From Oikopleura dioica (lineage: Eukaryota; Animalia; Chordata): a stretch of 64,000 nt of DNA. Shown piece by piece: positions 41,520-52,392 of this stretch. The position numbers and the translations under genes were made by a program. The DNA is taken from assembly GCA_907165135.1 (NCBI GenBank), contig OU015568.1, forward strand, positions 12,152,001-12,216,000. Direction: 5' to 3'. Position 1 is the stretch's first letter. The number at the start of each line of letters is the position of its first letter. The notes beneath the pieces were generated by a model, which saw only the letters and a program-made list of their open reading frames with translations, did no database searches and was not told where the DNA came from.

Positions 41520-44500
41520 ATGAATTCCTTCTCTTTCGGCGATGGACCGCCATCACCCAGTCGACGAAACGATAAAAAGCGTAACCGAGAGGAGGATGGT
41601 ATGGCATCCTCCTCCAAAAACTCAAGAATCTCTCCAGGGCCTAGTGGAGACACTCCCCGGCCCCGTGGCACGTCGGACTTTAACCGTCGAAGATCCAACG
41701 GAAATGGTCGCTACTTCAACCCCCGCAACCGACAAAGTTTCGGTCAGCGAAAGCAAAACAAAGGTACTCCCTCCGAATAATACTGTAGTGACTTTATGCT
41801 CAGGGAATAACGGCGGAAACAACAGCGGCCCGTCGGGGCAAGCGAATAAACCGCCCAGAAAGCTATTCCAAGGGCTTAACGTCCTAACTACAGAAATTGG
41901 AGATACCCAACAAATGATTGACCATCGGTGCGACCTTGCGCGCCAGTCAGCTGTTCACCTTGCTGATCTGGATCTCAATGCTCATTCGGATATCGTTATG
42001 AACTACGACCTCTTCGACGAGAAACGTGGCTTTTTGAAAAAGGAGGATGGCTTCGACTATCTCCAATCAAGCGCATCGGAACTCACTGACTGCGGTTACA
42101 CGTCTAATAACCACGTTGTACACCGTAACGCCCCGTTCGTATCAGCAAACCACTACGAGGACATCCTCAGCACTGCCCTCCCTGTTTACAACAACCTTGT
42201 GCTCAGCTTCAGTTGGGTGCCAGAAGACTGGAAGGGTGACAAATATCAGTTTCACCTGTTCACTCGTGTCACTGTCCAAATCATGGAAGAAACACTCACA
42301 AAGTTGCACATCAGCTGGGATGAGATCCGATCCTTAATCGTCGTTAATAACAACGGTGAAATAATCCAGCCCACGTCCGATAATCTCACTCGCAATAACA
42401 GAGCCACAGTGAAAGGAATTCGCTTTCGTAGCCTTTTCCCAACGCTAAAGTTCATTATCCTAGCCAATGGGGCTCTCTCGCCGGTTGACCCATTTCATCA
42501 TGCCTATCAGATCCCACGCTGGGCAATGCTTTTCACCTTCACTGAACGCCTGAGCGGAGGAAGAGGCTTCACCGTCGTCCCAAACAACGGAGTCAAGATT
42601 CTGTCCGTACTTCGTGCAGTTCTTGAGAGATGGTTCCACTATGTGCTGAATTACCCGGGATCGTTTACCTTTCATCAAAAGTCAAACGTCCTTAACGTTC
42701 TCCCCATTGCAGCAATCTTCAACACTACCATCAGCAGTATGAATGTTGAGACCCTCTCTCCGAATGCGGCTGAATTTGACGAATGGATCTCCCGCCTAGA
42801 TCCGCTCATCTTCGACAAAAGATTTCACACGATGTCCAGGACCATCCCGCGATTTTATCATGACATCAGCAGAGCGATCATTGTGCTCCAAGAATATTTC
42901 AAAGCAGGTACTCGCTCCCACTGGTTCTCCATGACATCAGTAGAGCTCTTCATCTCAAAACTGGAACTACAGCGATCCTCCGCCAATCTAGCTGACACCA
43001 AGCTAACCGTCAAGATGCTTCAGGACCCAGATGTAATGACCTCCAAGGCCGAACTCGCTAAACGTACAAACCATCTGGCCAATGACCTCTCTAGGTCAAA
43101 GGATGATGGTCGAATTACATCCTCCGTGGACCACATTGTTAGAAATACTACCATGGGCAAGACAGTCGCGGAAGCCGAGTCCCAGCTCATCAAAGCTCAT
43201 GAAGAACGATGCCGTGCTGCCTCGGCCATTCAGAACGTTGCTCTTTATACACACTCAACCAACCGCATCCAGAACCACCAGATAATTGAGATCAGAAAAG
43301 AACTGGTTGCGTCTGCTACTACTCCTGAAGAAAGAGAAAGGAGGCAGCGTGCTCTCGACAAAGACCTGGCCTTTAATCTGCATCACGACAGGCACTTTAA
43401 TACTGACGGTACGCTTTTTGGCTCTCTCACCATCTTGAAGGACAAAAACTCGGCTCCTGCTGTGGTCAGCCTCAAAGACGATTCCAAAGTCTCTCTTACT
43501 GGCTACATGTCCGATACTCCAAATGATCAACTTGCTCGCCTGCACGAAGCGGCCTTCCACAAGAAGGAACTCTCCACCTCGCATTACTACTACAAAGCTG
43601 GCTTGCCTGAGGGTAGTCGTTCGTTGCAAGTAAACACTAATCCCTTCACCGCCGTCCAAAACGAGGTGCCGAGCGAGATATCCTTCCAAAACGCTTCTCC
43701 CTTGGACAACTCAATCACGGAAGCTGAAATGCCCTCAAATGAGAACATTCGTCAGGATGATGATCGTTCTTCAACTTACTCCTCCGATCTTCAAGCCGAG
43801 GAACTCACTCAGCGCCTCAATGAGTCCAAGGTAAAGACCACTAAACACTTTCTCTTCCAAAAGACGCTGTTGGATCACAACATTGCGATTGAACAGTTCA
43901 GCGATGATGAAAGAAGTGAGGTATCGGCCATTATTCAATCCGTCCAGCCTCCAGCTCCTGAAAATCAAGCTGAAATCTCTGCCCCGACAATTGTACAAGT
44001 GAAAACCATTGACCCCCAAAAGGGCCAAGTCGATCACGAGCTAACTGATCAATTTGCGACAGGGACAGATGCGAAATGGAACGCCATCAGCAAGATTGAG
44101 GAGCAAAACAGCTGGATTAACACTGTAGAAACATTTGACAACTCTGAGGATTTCATATTGAAGAAGAAGCCTGTTGTATTCTCCTCGGTGGAAATGTTCA
44201 ACAACGTCAAGGATAAGGCCAGTGTCCGAACCCTGAAGATCGAAAATGCAATCAGCAGATTCACTGGAATCAGCAACAAGAAAGAACTCGGAGTTCTTGT
44301 TAGAACATGGCACTCAAATATATATGAGCTCAGGGGCATCCTCGTTAACAACCTCCGTGATACAATCAACACGGACGATAAACGCAAAATTGAGAGTATG
44401 GAGCTTGATGATGCTGCATCTCTTGAAAATTGGAACAACTTTCTAGCGGGAGTCAGAGTATATCGCCTGGCTATGTATGACCCCGAATCCCTCATTTCGA

Positions 44501-44823
44501 TGCTCTTCTGCAATGCTGACACGCTCATGTCATATGTTCCAATTCCTCCGTCCAAAATAATCTACAATTGGGTCAAACTTATGATAATGGACAACAAAAA
44601 GGACAATGGTCCAAAGACGCCTCAAAACATCCTTCTTTCGCAACTGGTGGCGCTCGGCCTGCTCGTCACCAGCAGAAAATCGCACGTAGCGGTTTACAAG
44701 CGGGATGATCTACCTGGACAGCATCTCTTAACGAGCAAACCCATCTACGCCAGGATCCTAAAGGTCAGTCCTGCCCTGGTTTCAAGGCGCTTCAATATGG
44801 TAAAAACTTTATTAGAATCATAG
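41520..44823 (+). CDS. ORF1-like protein of the retroelement (short basic ORF 41520-41780 joined to the 1093-codon frame by a putative 40-nt intron)
   Basis: Long uninterrupted frame 41542-44823 upstream of pol. The overlapping RG/N-rich ORF 41520-41780 joins in frame if GT 41764-AG 41803 is spliced. No CCHC, RRM or PHD motif recognised. Confidence 0.7.
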
Positions 44824-47800
44824 CCATCAAAGAATATCAGCAAGAACTTAACTTCACTATTTTTGACTGTCCAAAGCTGGCTGAAGAAAAGCCAGGCTTC
44901 AAAGCTTTTCTTAACGAAGTTACTAGCAAATTGCTTGCTAATACTCTGCTTTGCGGCTTTCTCTGCTGGCTTCGGGACCGCAATTTCATCTCATCTTGTT
45001 CTTATAGGGGCCTTCTAACGCTTAATGACTCTGAAGATGACGATGATGACGACTCTTCCTCCGGCCTCCCACCCCTTTTACATCCTCCCCTTCTCCCAAA
45101 CTTCAAACAATATAAAAATCTTCTGGAAATCGAAACCACAACCCAACGAGAGAAGAAAGTTCTCCAATTCTTTGAATCAGGTACTGTTCCTAGAATGCCC
45201 TTCTCTCATAATATTCCGAGCCCTGAGGTCTTGGCTAAAGGTAAAGGCCTGGCTGGTATTTTGCCGCCGACCAGTGAGCTCCCAGCTCTGAAAAAATCCA
45301 TTCGATGCCCAGTTCCTACCTCAGGTGATCTCTCTGCGGCAGTTATCCAGCATAATGAGCAAATTATTAATGCCGCTGATAACATTGTGATCATCAGCGC
45401 GAACCTTGGTAACTGCAGATCCCTTGACAAAATTAAGCGACTAGTAAACCATCATCGCTCAGCCCATATTTTTTGTATTAGTGAATTGTTCATGGAAAAA
45501 GATGTGGCGCTGGATAAATCAAATTGGCCTAATGGATTCCATATTCATGTAGGCATGCCCTCTCGCGACGGCAAGAATCAGATCTTTACAATGATCATTC
45601 TACGCAATAATATTACTGTTAAGAGGATGATCCCCGATCTTCATCAAAACCTGGCGCTTCACATTGACGTCAATGGAACTCAACTTCTCGCCTGCTGTAT
45701 TTATAACTTCTGCGGCGGCCGTTATGATAACTACAAAACCAAGTACAACGTTGATGACTCGGCTTTTCTGCTGGACCTCGCCAAGGTTAGTCAAGAAAAG
45801 GGTGACTCTCCCTGCTTCATCACCGGGGACTTCAATCTCGAACTTGCAAAAAATAGCCCCAAATTTGCTCGAAAGTGTGACGCTGTAAAAAATGCCCTGT
45901 TAGATTTCAACCGTCTAACTAACTTCATTACATTCAGGCGTGAGCTTCGCAACGGCCATACCCTCGAGTCAGCAATTGATCATTTCTTCCTCTTCTCCGG
46001 CAAACTCGACCTCACCAAAGCTCTCTCCAAACCTGGTGATCACAGAACAAGTCTTCAATCTGACGGACACGTCGGCCTAGTTACCGTACTTCCCATCCGC
46101 CCCCCAAACGGTAAGATTTGGAAGTTATGGAGAGTACCCGAGGAAAAAGACCTTCATTTTTGTTACAAAACCGGCATGAAGCTAATCTACTCTAACCTAC
46201 ATAGGTTCAATGAGGAGGGAGGGATGGACACGGTTCAGGTCACACATGACCTGCTCGTGAAGTATGCTGAACTGACCCGCCCGCTAAAAGAAAAAATCAT
46301 CGTGCAAGATAATTATAAGGTCACGACTTCTGCTACCACTAGAAAGTGGCTGCGGACTGGCTTTTACCTTGAAAAGCTAATCCGGGACACTAAGAAGGAT
46401 GAAGTTCCTTCCTCCTGGTGGCGTAAGGTAGTTGACCTATGGGTTGACTGCAAGAAAGTAATTGAGAAACTCAAAACGGCTGATCGGCGGTACCACCTTG
46501 CGCGTAAAGCCGATCCGTACGAACTAAGTCTGACGGACAGCTGGGGTATTTTCAAAAACGACATTAAATTGACCAATAGCATGGAAGTGAATGACAGCCC
46601 CGATGACGTTGCAAATGAATTTTCTGAGTTGCAAAAGTCCACCAAGCCCAATTTAGAGAAATTGAAAGAAGCTGAGCCTCCCTCATCCCTTCACAAACTT
46701 CCAAAACTTGATTTTGAAACTGTTAAATATCACAAGTCATCTAACAGGCCTTCTATTCGGGAAATTTACTCCAAAAATAAAAAGAATACTTGTGATTTAT
46801 ATAATATAAATAAAAAATGTCTAGAGACCTTGCCGTGTGTCGCAACCAACTTCTTCATCCTGATGCCAATTCAGCTCTGCATTAGTGAAGGTAAGCTAAT
46901 CGATGCATGGAATATTAATAAAGTCGTCCCCATCCTAAAAAAGAATGGACGCAAAAGGCCTATCACGGTGGGAAGCTGTATTGGAGGTATTATTGAGAAA
47001 TTAGCAACCCGAACCCTTGCTGATTACCTCTTTCATTTTGGCTTAATCCCTCCCTCTCAACATGGCTTTAAGCCTTCCCACTCGTGTGGGTCGGCAATAT
47101 TTAATGTAACTAAAGTGCTTACCACTGCACTTGCGTCCCGAGTCGTGCCTAGCGGGATAATAGACCGTGCCGAACGCGCCAGCGGCGTTGTCATGATCGA
47201 CGCCGCCAACGCGTTCGGCACGGTCCCTCACGAGGTGCTCATCAGAATGATGCTCCCCTTCTGTAGCGTCAGATTTATTGAGTTCATCAGAATTTTTCTC
47301 GTGAGATTTTTCGTAGTTTCCATCAGGGGGTTTCTCAGCAGTGTATTTAAACTAGAGCCTTTCGGCTTGCCACAAGGCGCTGCGCCCTCCCCAATTCTCT
47401 TTTCCTTCTTCAGCACCAGTATCCTGCTAAACGCTCTAATTGATCCTATTCTAGTGCCTGAGCGCCCGCTTGAGCTCACCCTGTCATCCTCGTCTCTGCT
47501 GTGCAATGAGACGAACTGCCGCTGCGACCACGGAGCTCCACGTGAGTCCTGTATCACCGAAGGTATTAGTTTGGGACAGAGGATGAAGTGCGGTAATCAT
47601 CCTCGTTTAGCAGGAGCGTTTACCTTGTATGCGGACGATGTGGCAGCCGCGGTGTTTGGAGCCGACATCAACGATGTCAACGCTGGCATTGCGAGTACTG
47701 CTGAGGGCGCCGCTGATCGAATCGAGAGCCTGGGGCTTAGAGTTGCTGATCAGAAGACTGAAGTACTCTTAATAAGTAAGTCCGACCATCTCCCCAACAT

Positions 47801-48743
47801 TAACATCAGAGGCCAAGCCATCCCTGTTTCCAACTCCCTTAAATACCTCGGCGTAACCCTTGCATCCGTAAATGGCAAGTTGTCCCTTAACAATCATGAC
47901 AAGATTATCACGTGCAGGTTGCGGAGCAATCATCACAAGCTAGCCACTCTAAGAGGCGTCGTCAGTCCAAAAGCAAATGCCCAAATGGCCCGAGGCCTAA
48001 ACTACGGAATCATAAATCACACTGCAGACTATAGGCCTATCCCGCCGCAATCCACAGTGAACACATGGCAGCGTATTCACTGTAACTCGCTGTTGGGTCG
48101 TACACCTCGGCCTTGGTACATCATTGAGATGCAACGTAAAATGGAAGAGGAACAGCTCTCTTCCTCGTCCGCATCACAAAAGCCTACCCTTAATCTCCCC
48201 ATTGACTTCATCAGGCTCGAGTACGGCAAGCCTGTAGCTGATGATGACCTCATTGTCCTGGACAGATACGGTCAACCCACTGTTCTCGACAATATGGTCA
48301 CAATGGGGGTTAATAATATGCATAAAGTCTGGAAACTGCATCTCCCGGTCTGTGCATGGGAATCGCTTAAGCTCTCCTTGATCCTAGTTGACCGCAAGGG
48401 AAACAGGGTCGGTGTGCTTCCGGACTTCGGTGAGTATTCCAGGAGAAAGACATTCTTCATTAACGAGTCCAGGTTCCATCATGACAGAACATTTGGCATT
48501 CTCACCGCCAAAGAGCATGCTGAACTAGCCTCCCTGTTAGTTGAAAGGGAAAGGTTGCGCTCGCTACTATCTGCGGGACATCTCACTATTAGAATGACCC
48601 ACCCTAGGCGTGAGTTACTTAAGCAGAAAATTGATAAGAATACCTGGCCTTTTCACCTCATCAGCTTTTTAACGACCTACCAACGAGCATTCGGAACAGC
48701 TTTGTATCTGATGACTTTCCAACTATTCTTAAACTATTTATGA
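44709..48743 (+). CDS. ORF2: apurinic-like endonuclease plus reverse transcriptase
   Basis: APE motifs SANLGN, CISEL, CIYN, TGDFNL, IDHFF, SDGH; RT motifs QHGFK, IDAANAFGTVPH, GLPQGAAPSPILF, YADD, KYLGV. The frame is open from 44709 and the first ATG lies about 65 codons before the APE. Confidence 0.95.
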   Translation, partial: STWTASLNEQTHLRQDPKGQSCPGFKALQYGKNFIRIIAIKEYQQELNFTIFDCPKLAEEKPGFKAFLNEVTSKLLANTLLCGFLCWLRDRNFISSCSYRGLLTLNDSEDDDDDDSSSGLPPLLHPPLLPNFKQYKNLLEIETTTQREKKVLQFFESGTVPRMPFSHNIPSPEVLAKGKGLAGILPPTSELPALKKSIRCPVPTSGDLSAAVIQHNEQIINAADNIVIISANLGNCRSLDKIKRLVNHHRSAHIFCISELFMEKDVALDKSNWPNGFHIHVGMPSRDGKNQIFTMIILRNNITVKRMIPDLHQNLALHIDVNGTQLLACCIYNFCGGRYDNYKTKYNVDDSAFLLDLAKVSQEKGDSPCFITGDFNLELAKNSPKFARKCDAVKNALLDFNRLTNFITFRRELRNGHTLESAIDHFFLFSGKLDLTKALSKPGDHRTSLQSDGHVGLVTVLPIRPPNGKIWKLWRVPEEKDLHFCYKTGMKLIYSNLHRFNEEGGMDTVQVTHDLLVKYAELTRPLKEKIIVQDNYKVTTSATTRKWLRTGFYLEKLIRDTKKDEVPSSWWRKVVDLWVDCKKVIEKLKTADRRYHLARKADPYELSLTDSWGIFKNDIKLTNSMEVNDSPDDVANEFSELQKSTKPNLEKLKEAEPPSSLHKLPKLDFETVKYHKSSNRPSIREIYSKNKKNTCDLYNINKKCLETLPCVATNFFILMPIQLCISEGKLIDAWNINKVVPILKKNGRKRPITVGSCIGGIIEKLATRTLADYLFHFGLIPPSQHGFKPSHSCGSAIFNVTKVLTTALASRVVPSGIIDRAERASGVVMIDAANAFGTVPHEVLIRMMLPFCSVRFIEFIRIFLVRFFVVSIRGFLSSVFKLEPFGLPQGAAPSPILFSFFSTSILLNALIDPILVPERPLELTLSSSSLLCNETNCRCDHGAPRESCITEGISLGQRMKCGNHPRLAGAFTLYADDVAAAVFGADINDVNAGIASTAEGAADRIESLGLRVADQKTEVLLISKSDHLPNINIRGQAIPVSNSLKYLGVTLASVNGKLSLNNHDKIITCRLRSNHHKLATLRGVVSPKANAQMARGLNYGIINHTADYRPIPPQSTVNTWQRIHCNSLLGRTPRPWYIIEMQRKMEEEQLSSSSASQKPTLNLPIDFIRLEYGKPVADDDLIVLDRYGQPTVLDNMVTMGVNNMHKVWKLHLPVCAWESLKLSLILVDRKGNRVGVLPDFGEYSRRKTFFINESRFHHDRTFGILTAKEHAELASLLVERERLRSLLSAGHLTIRMTHPRRELLKQKIDKNTWPFHLISFLTTYQRAFGTALYLMTFQLFLNYL

Positions 48744-49171
48744 AAAGCAAGCACAAGCACCACAAAAGGGCAATCTGGTGCGACACATGCAGGCCAGGCG
48801 CACCCTTTTACAAGTTCGACCTCCATCCCTCTTTGCCACCTACCTCAAAACCATCTACTCCTCGCGTTATTCGTTCCAATTGTACTCCATCTGATCTCCG
48901 GATGGACGAATATCTGAACAATCTTGAGGAAAGTATTGAATTTACCAAGAAAGAACATGCACGGGTGTTGCTTCTTGCAGACTGGTGGTTTCCCTTTAAT
49001 AAGAAAAGAAAAATTTATGAGTCTTTTGAGTCATTTTGTAGTCTTGTGAAGTTTCTAACAGGAATATCAGGAAAGGAAAATCTTATGGCTAAGCAACTCT
49101 TGTTCGATAAGACCACAAAGCTTGCTCTTGAAAGAGCAGCCATCAAAATCACCTTGAATAAGATGAAGTAA
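48740..49171 (+). CDS. ORF3, CxxC-containing; probably the spliced C-terminus of ORF2
   Basis: Overlaps the ORF2 stop as ATGA and contains WCDTC. A GT 48704-AG 48747 intron (44 nt, AT-rich) would fuse it to ORF2 in frame. Confidence 0.6.
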   Translation: MKSKHKHHKRAIWCDTCRPGAPFYKFDLHPSLPPTSKPSTPRVIRSNCTPSDLRMDEYLNNLEESIEFTKKEHARVLLLADWWFPFNKKRKIYESFESFCSLVKFLTGISGKENLMAKQLLFDKTTKLALERAAIKITLNKMK

Positions 49172-49244
49172 CCCCCTCCTACTCTCATATGCATCAGTCA
49201 TATAATTTCTTTTAGAAGTCAACTTCCTCGGCCAACGACTTCAA

Positions 49245-51459
49245 ATGGTGATGGATGATGTTGATCCCGGCTACGCAGTCGAGTATGTGCTGTACGATAT
49301 AAAAACTGGCTCATACAAGGCTATTACTCATATCGAGATTCAGTCACCATCCTTCATCGCTGGCCGAAATGTCCATGTACTTCCATCCTTTCATGGCGAA
49401 GACATTACACGCAACTTGAATGTTACTAAAGGATATAAGTTACCCTCCCATATCCTTCGATTGGCAGATGGCTATTACAACAGCTATAGCAAACACTTCG
49501 GCTATGATAAGAACAACTTTCTCGTATGGCTTGGCGTCAAACAGCAGCTACCAAGCCCTGCCACTCGGGCGAAAATTCGTTCTGCTCGACAGGCATGGGA
49601 AAACATCGCGACTGCTCGGAATTCAGCCTGGAAGTTGGATGTTCGCTGCTCACTCTCCATCGCTGAGATCAATGAGGCCAATCCTTCTTCCTTCCCGAGC
49701 GACATGCTATTCGAATCGTCAGAGCCACATCTGGACGCTCGAATTAAAAGCTGCCAGCATCGCCCTCTACGGTGACTTCTTCATTCTCCCAACCGCAGGA
49801 GCTGCAGTTATTCTCAAGGACAAGAAGGGAACTGCGGGCGCCTGGATCAACATCAGGACGGTTGAGCTGCTCCAGAGATCAAATGATGCCATGAATGCTC
49901 TCCCATCAGTTCTCATGAAGCTATCCCACTACTACACGGTTCTTCGAGCTTTTCGTCAAACTGGGCTCTTCAGCAATCTCGACTCAAACGAGCAAATCGC
50001 CTCCATCGCAGTAAATCTCTGCTCTCAGCCCTGCAAGAGTGAGATTGCTGTCCTCAAGACTGATATCGTCTCCTTGATTCACAAGTTCGGCTGTGGGGAT
50101 GAACACACCGACATCTTTGATTATGCCCACGGAAAATCACTACCACACTCTGCGTTCTTAGGGATCAATAAGGGCATACTCGAGCAAGACCTTATCGAAA
50201 TTACTCAATTTGAGTGGAATATGATGGAGGAGGTTGCATCATCATCCTTCGGTCACTCGTTGTCCACGCTCCTGAACAAAATGGCCGCGCACGTCTCATC
50301 CTCCATGTGCAACTTCTGCTCCACGCTTAAGGACGTCGTGGATTCCCGGGACGCTGGTGCCTCCAATGCTGATCTGGAAAACCGTGCCGCTAATGCTCAG
50401 AAGATCTTAATTGCCTTCATAAACAAGCTCAAAGCCATCAGCACAAACCGTAAGTCTGGTGAATCTAGGCGGATGACCGAAAGCCTCTACTCCTTCATCC
50501 CCGCCGGTGAGGAATCTAGGATGATCCGCCACCTTCTTGAGCACCATGCTTGTCTAATTCAAGCCACTGGCTTTCTAAAAACGCGTCCCACTCGTCCAGC
50601 GCTTCATGTGCTTTGGAGATCAAGAGCTCTCACGATCCTCGTCGTCAACGATTGCTGTAAGCTTCTCAAACTACTTGTAGCTGAGATGGCTCGCATCACG
50701 GGTCCGGGAAACCCCTCCGTCGTTGATCCCGAGCTGAAGGATCACTGCACTCTCGCAATGACTCTTCTGAGCATCGTAGCGAAAACAAAATCCAAATTGG
50801 AGACCAATGGTGGCAATGCGTTTTCGAAAGCCCTGGCAAAAGTGGAGCTGGCCATTAACACCACTTTATTGAAAGCCTCTCCCTCTTTCACCATTTCGCG
50901 AGAAAAAGCCCGTGCGATCACACGTCCGGCCAAGAATCTCTGTCCAGTTCAGAGCATTGAAAAAGCGGATCAAGCTGAGCTTGACCGCTTCCCATCACTC
51001 ATTGACCCAGAACTTTCCATCATAAAAGCTATGGCTGAAGCGCAGCTTCAACTCCTAACTAATATCTTCCAAGGATCTATCACCACCTCCGGTAGCGATG
51101 TCATCGACCGAGGCTGCCCGCTTCTTTCCATGACTACTCTAAACGACTCCTCATCTCTTCCCTCGGGTGAAGAAGCCAACCTTGCGCTTGTGGAGTCAAT
51201 CCACTCGCTTCGTCTTCGCGCCCTGGTTGATTCTCGCAAGAGGCGAGGTGATTTTCTCGGCCGGCCTACTCGTTATGGACTATCCGACCGAATAATGGCA
51301 TCAACTCCAGCTGGTGCGGTCGGTGAGGAGATCTTGCATCCCAATCACACTTACGAGACCGTGTACGCAGCGACTGCTGTTGTAGAGCCTGCAATCATCC
51401 GACTGGATGATGATGAAGAGCCATCCTCCTCTGGCATGAAGCTTCGCTCAGCAAAATAA
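49245..51459 (+). CDS. ORF4 (49245-49775) and ORF5 (frame open 49420-51459): extra downstream ORF(s) of unknown function
   Basis: Two long overlapping frames, 176 and 679 codons, downstream of pol. They are preceded by an AT/pyrimidine-rich spacer ending TTTTAG (49215) and followed by a CT-rich UTR with AATAAA at 52021. Confidence 0.75.
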
Positions 51460-52392
51460 CTCTCAGTAATCATCTTTCAGTAAGTCGCTGATTATAAGTC
51501 GCACCATTCTTATTAAAAACTTCAGTCATCCGGGTACCTGCAAGTTCAGACTGGCTTATCAACCCCCGTCAACTACAAAAGCGCCAGCACTTTGTGAAGA
51601 TTCCTCTACGTAGTTTATTTACTTAATAACTCTCACTGTTTGACCCACCATCCCGCTCTTTTTCTCTACCAAAGTCCTCATCGTCATCTTTAGCTGTCTT
51701 TTAAATTCAATCCCTCTCGGATATTACTTCTCTCTCTCAAAATTCTCTCAAAACGTTTCATGACTTCTGTAATGTATACCAATCAACTCCTGCTTAGCTT
51801 ACATCTCTTGTCAATATTCCATACTTTTAAAACATCACCCTCGCCTTCCTCTTATCCTGCAAATTACTGCACATTTGTTATTTCATCACATATTGCAATA
51901 GGCTATAACCATGCTTTCATGCCACAGTCTCAGCATCTGTAAGTTTCCCCATCTCCATTCTCTTATCTCCATAATATTCTCTCCACAATTGTCAATATTT
52001 CGAACATCCTCTTACCACACAATAAATACATCTTGACAAGAAACTCTCAAAGGATTCGATACAGATTATGAGGCTGTATCTCCTCTTGATTCAGTCTTTT
52101 GAACTATTTTATTGCATGAAACACAGCAGGGCCTATGACTAAACTATATCAGTATGTCTTTACAATCTATGCGCTAATCTTAAATCCTGAAAATTATAAT
52201 TCGGAAACTGAGACTTTAACCCTATAACAATCTCCTATAAACTGAAACATTTGGTAAGTTAAAACAGTAAAACAGTCGGGTGGAACAGTAGATGTCTTCC
52301 TCAGGGTAAGCGTGGTACTTGTTGTAATATGATCTGAAGTCTGCAGTTTACACCACTAATAGGTAACAATAAACCCCCCAACCTGTGCGTGG

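Noticed and set aside
44790-44823. Canonical -1 slippery heptamer at the ORF1 end
   Set aside because: GTA AAA ACT TTA in the ORF1 frame does not fit X XXY YYZ; AAAAAC is in the wrong register.
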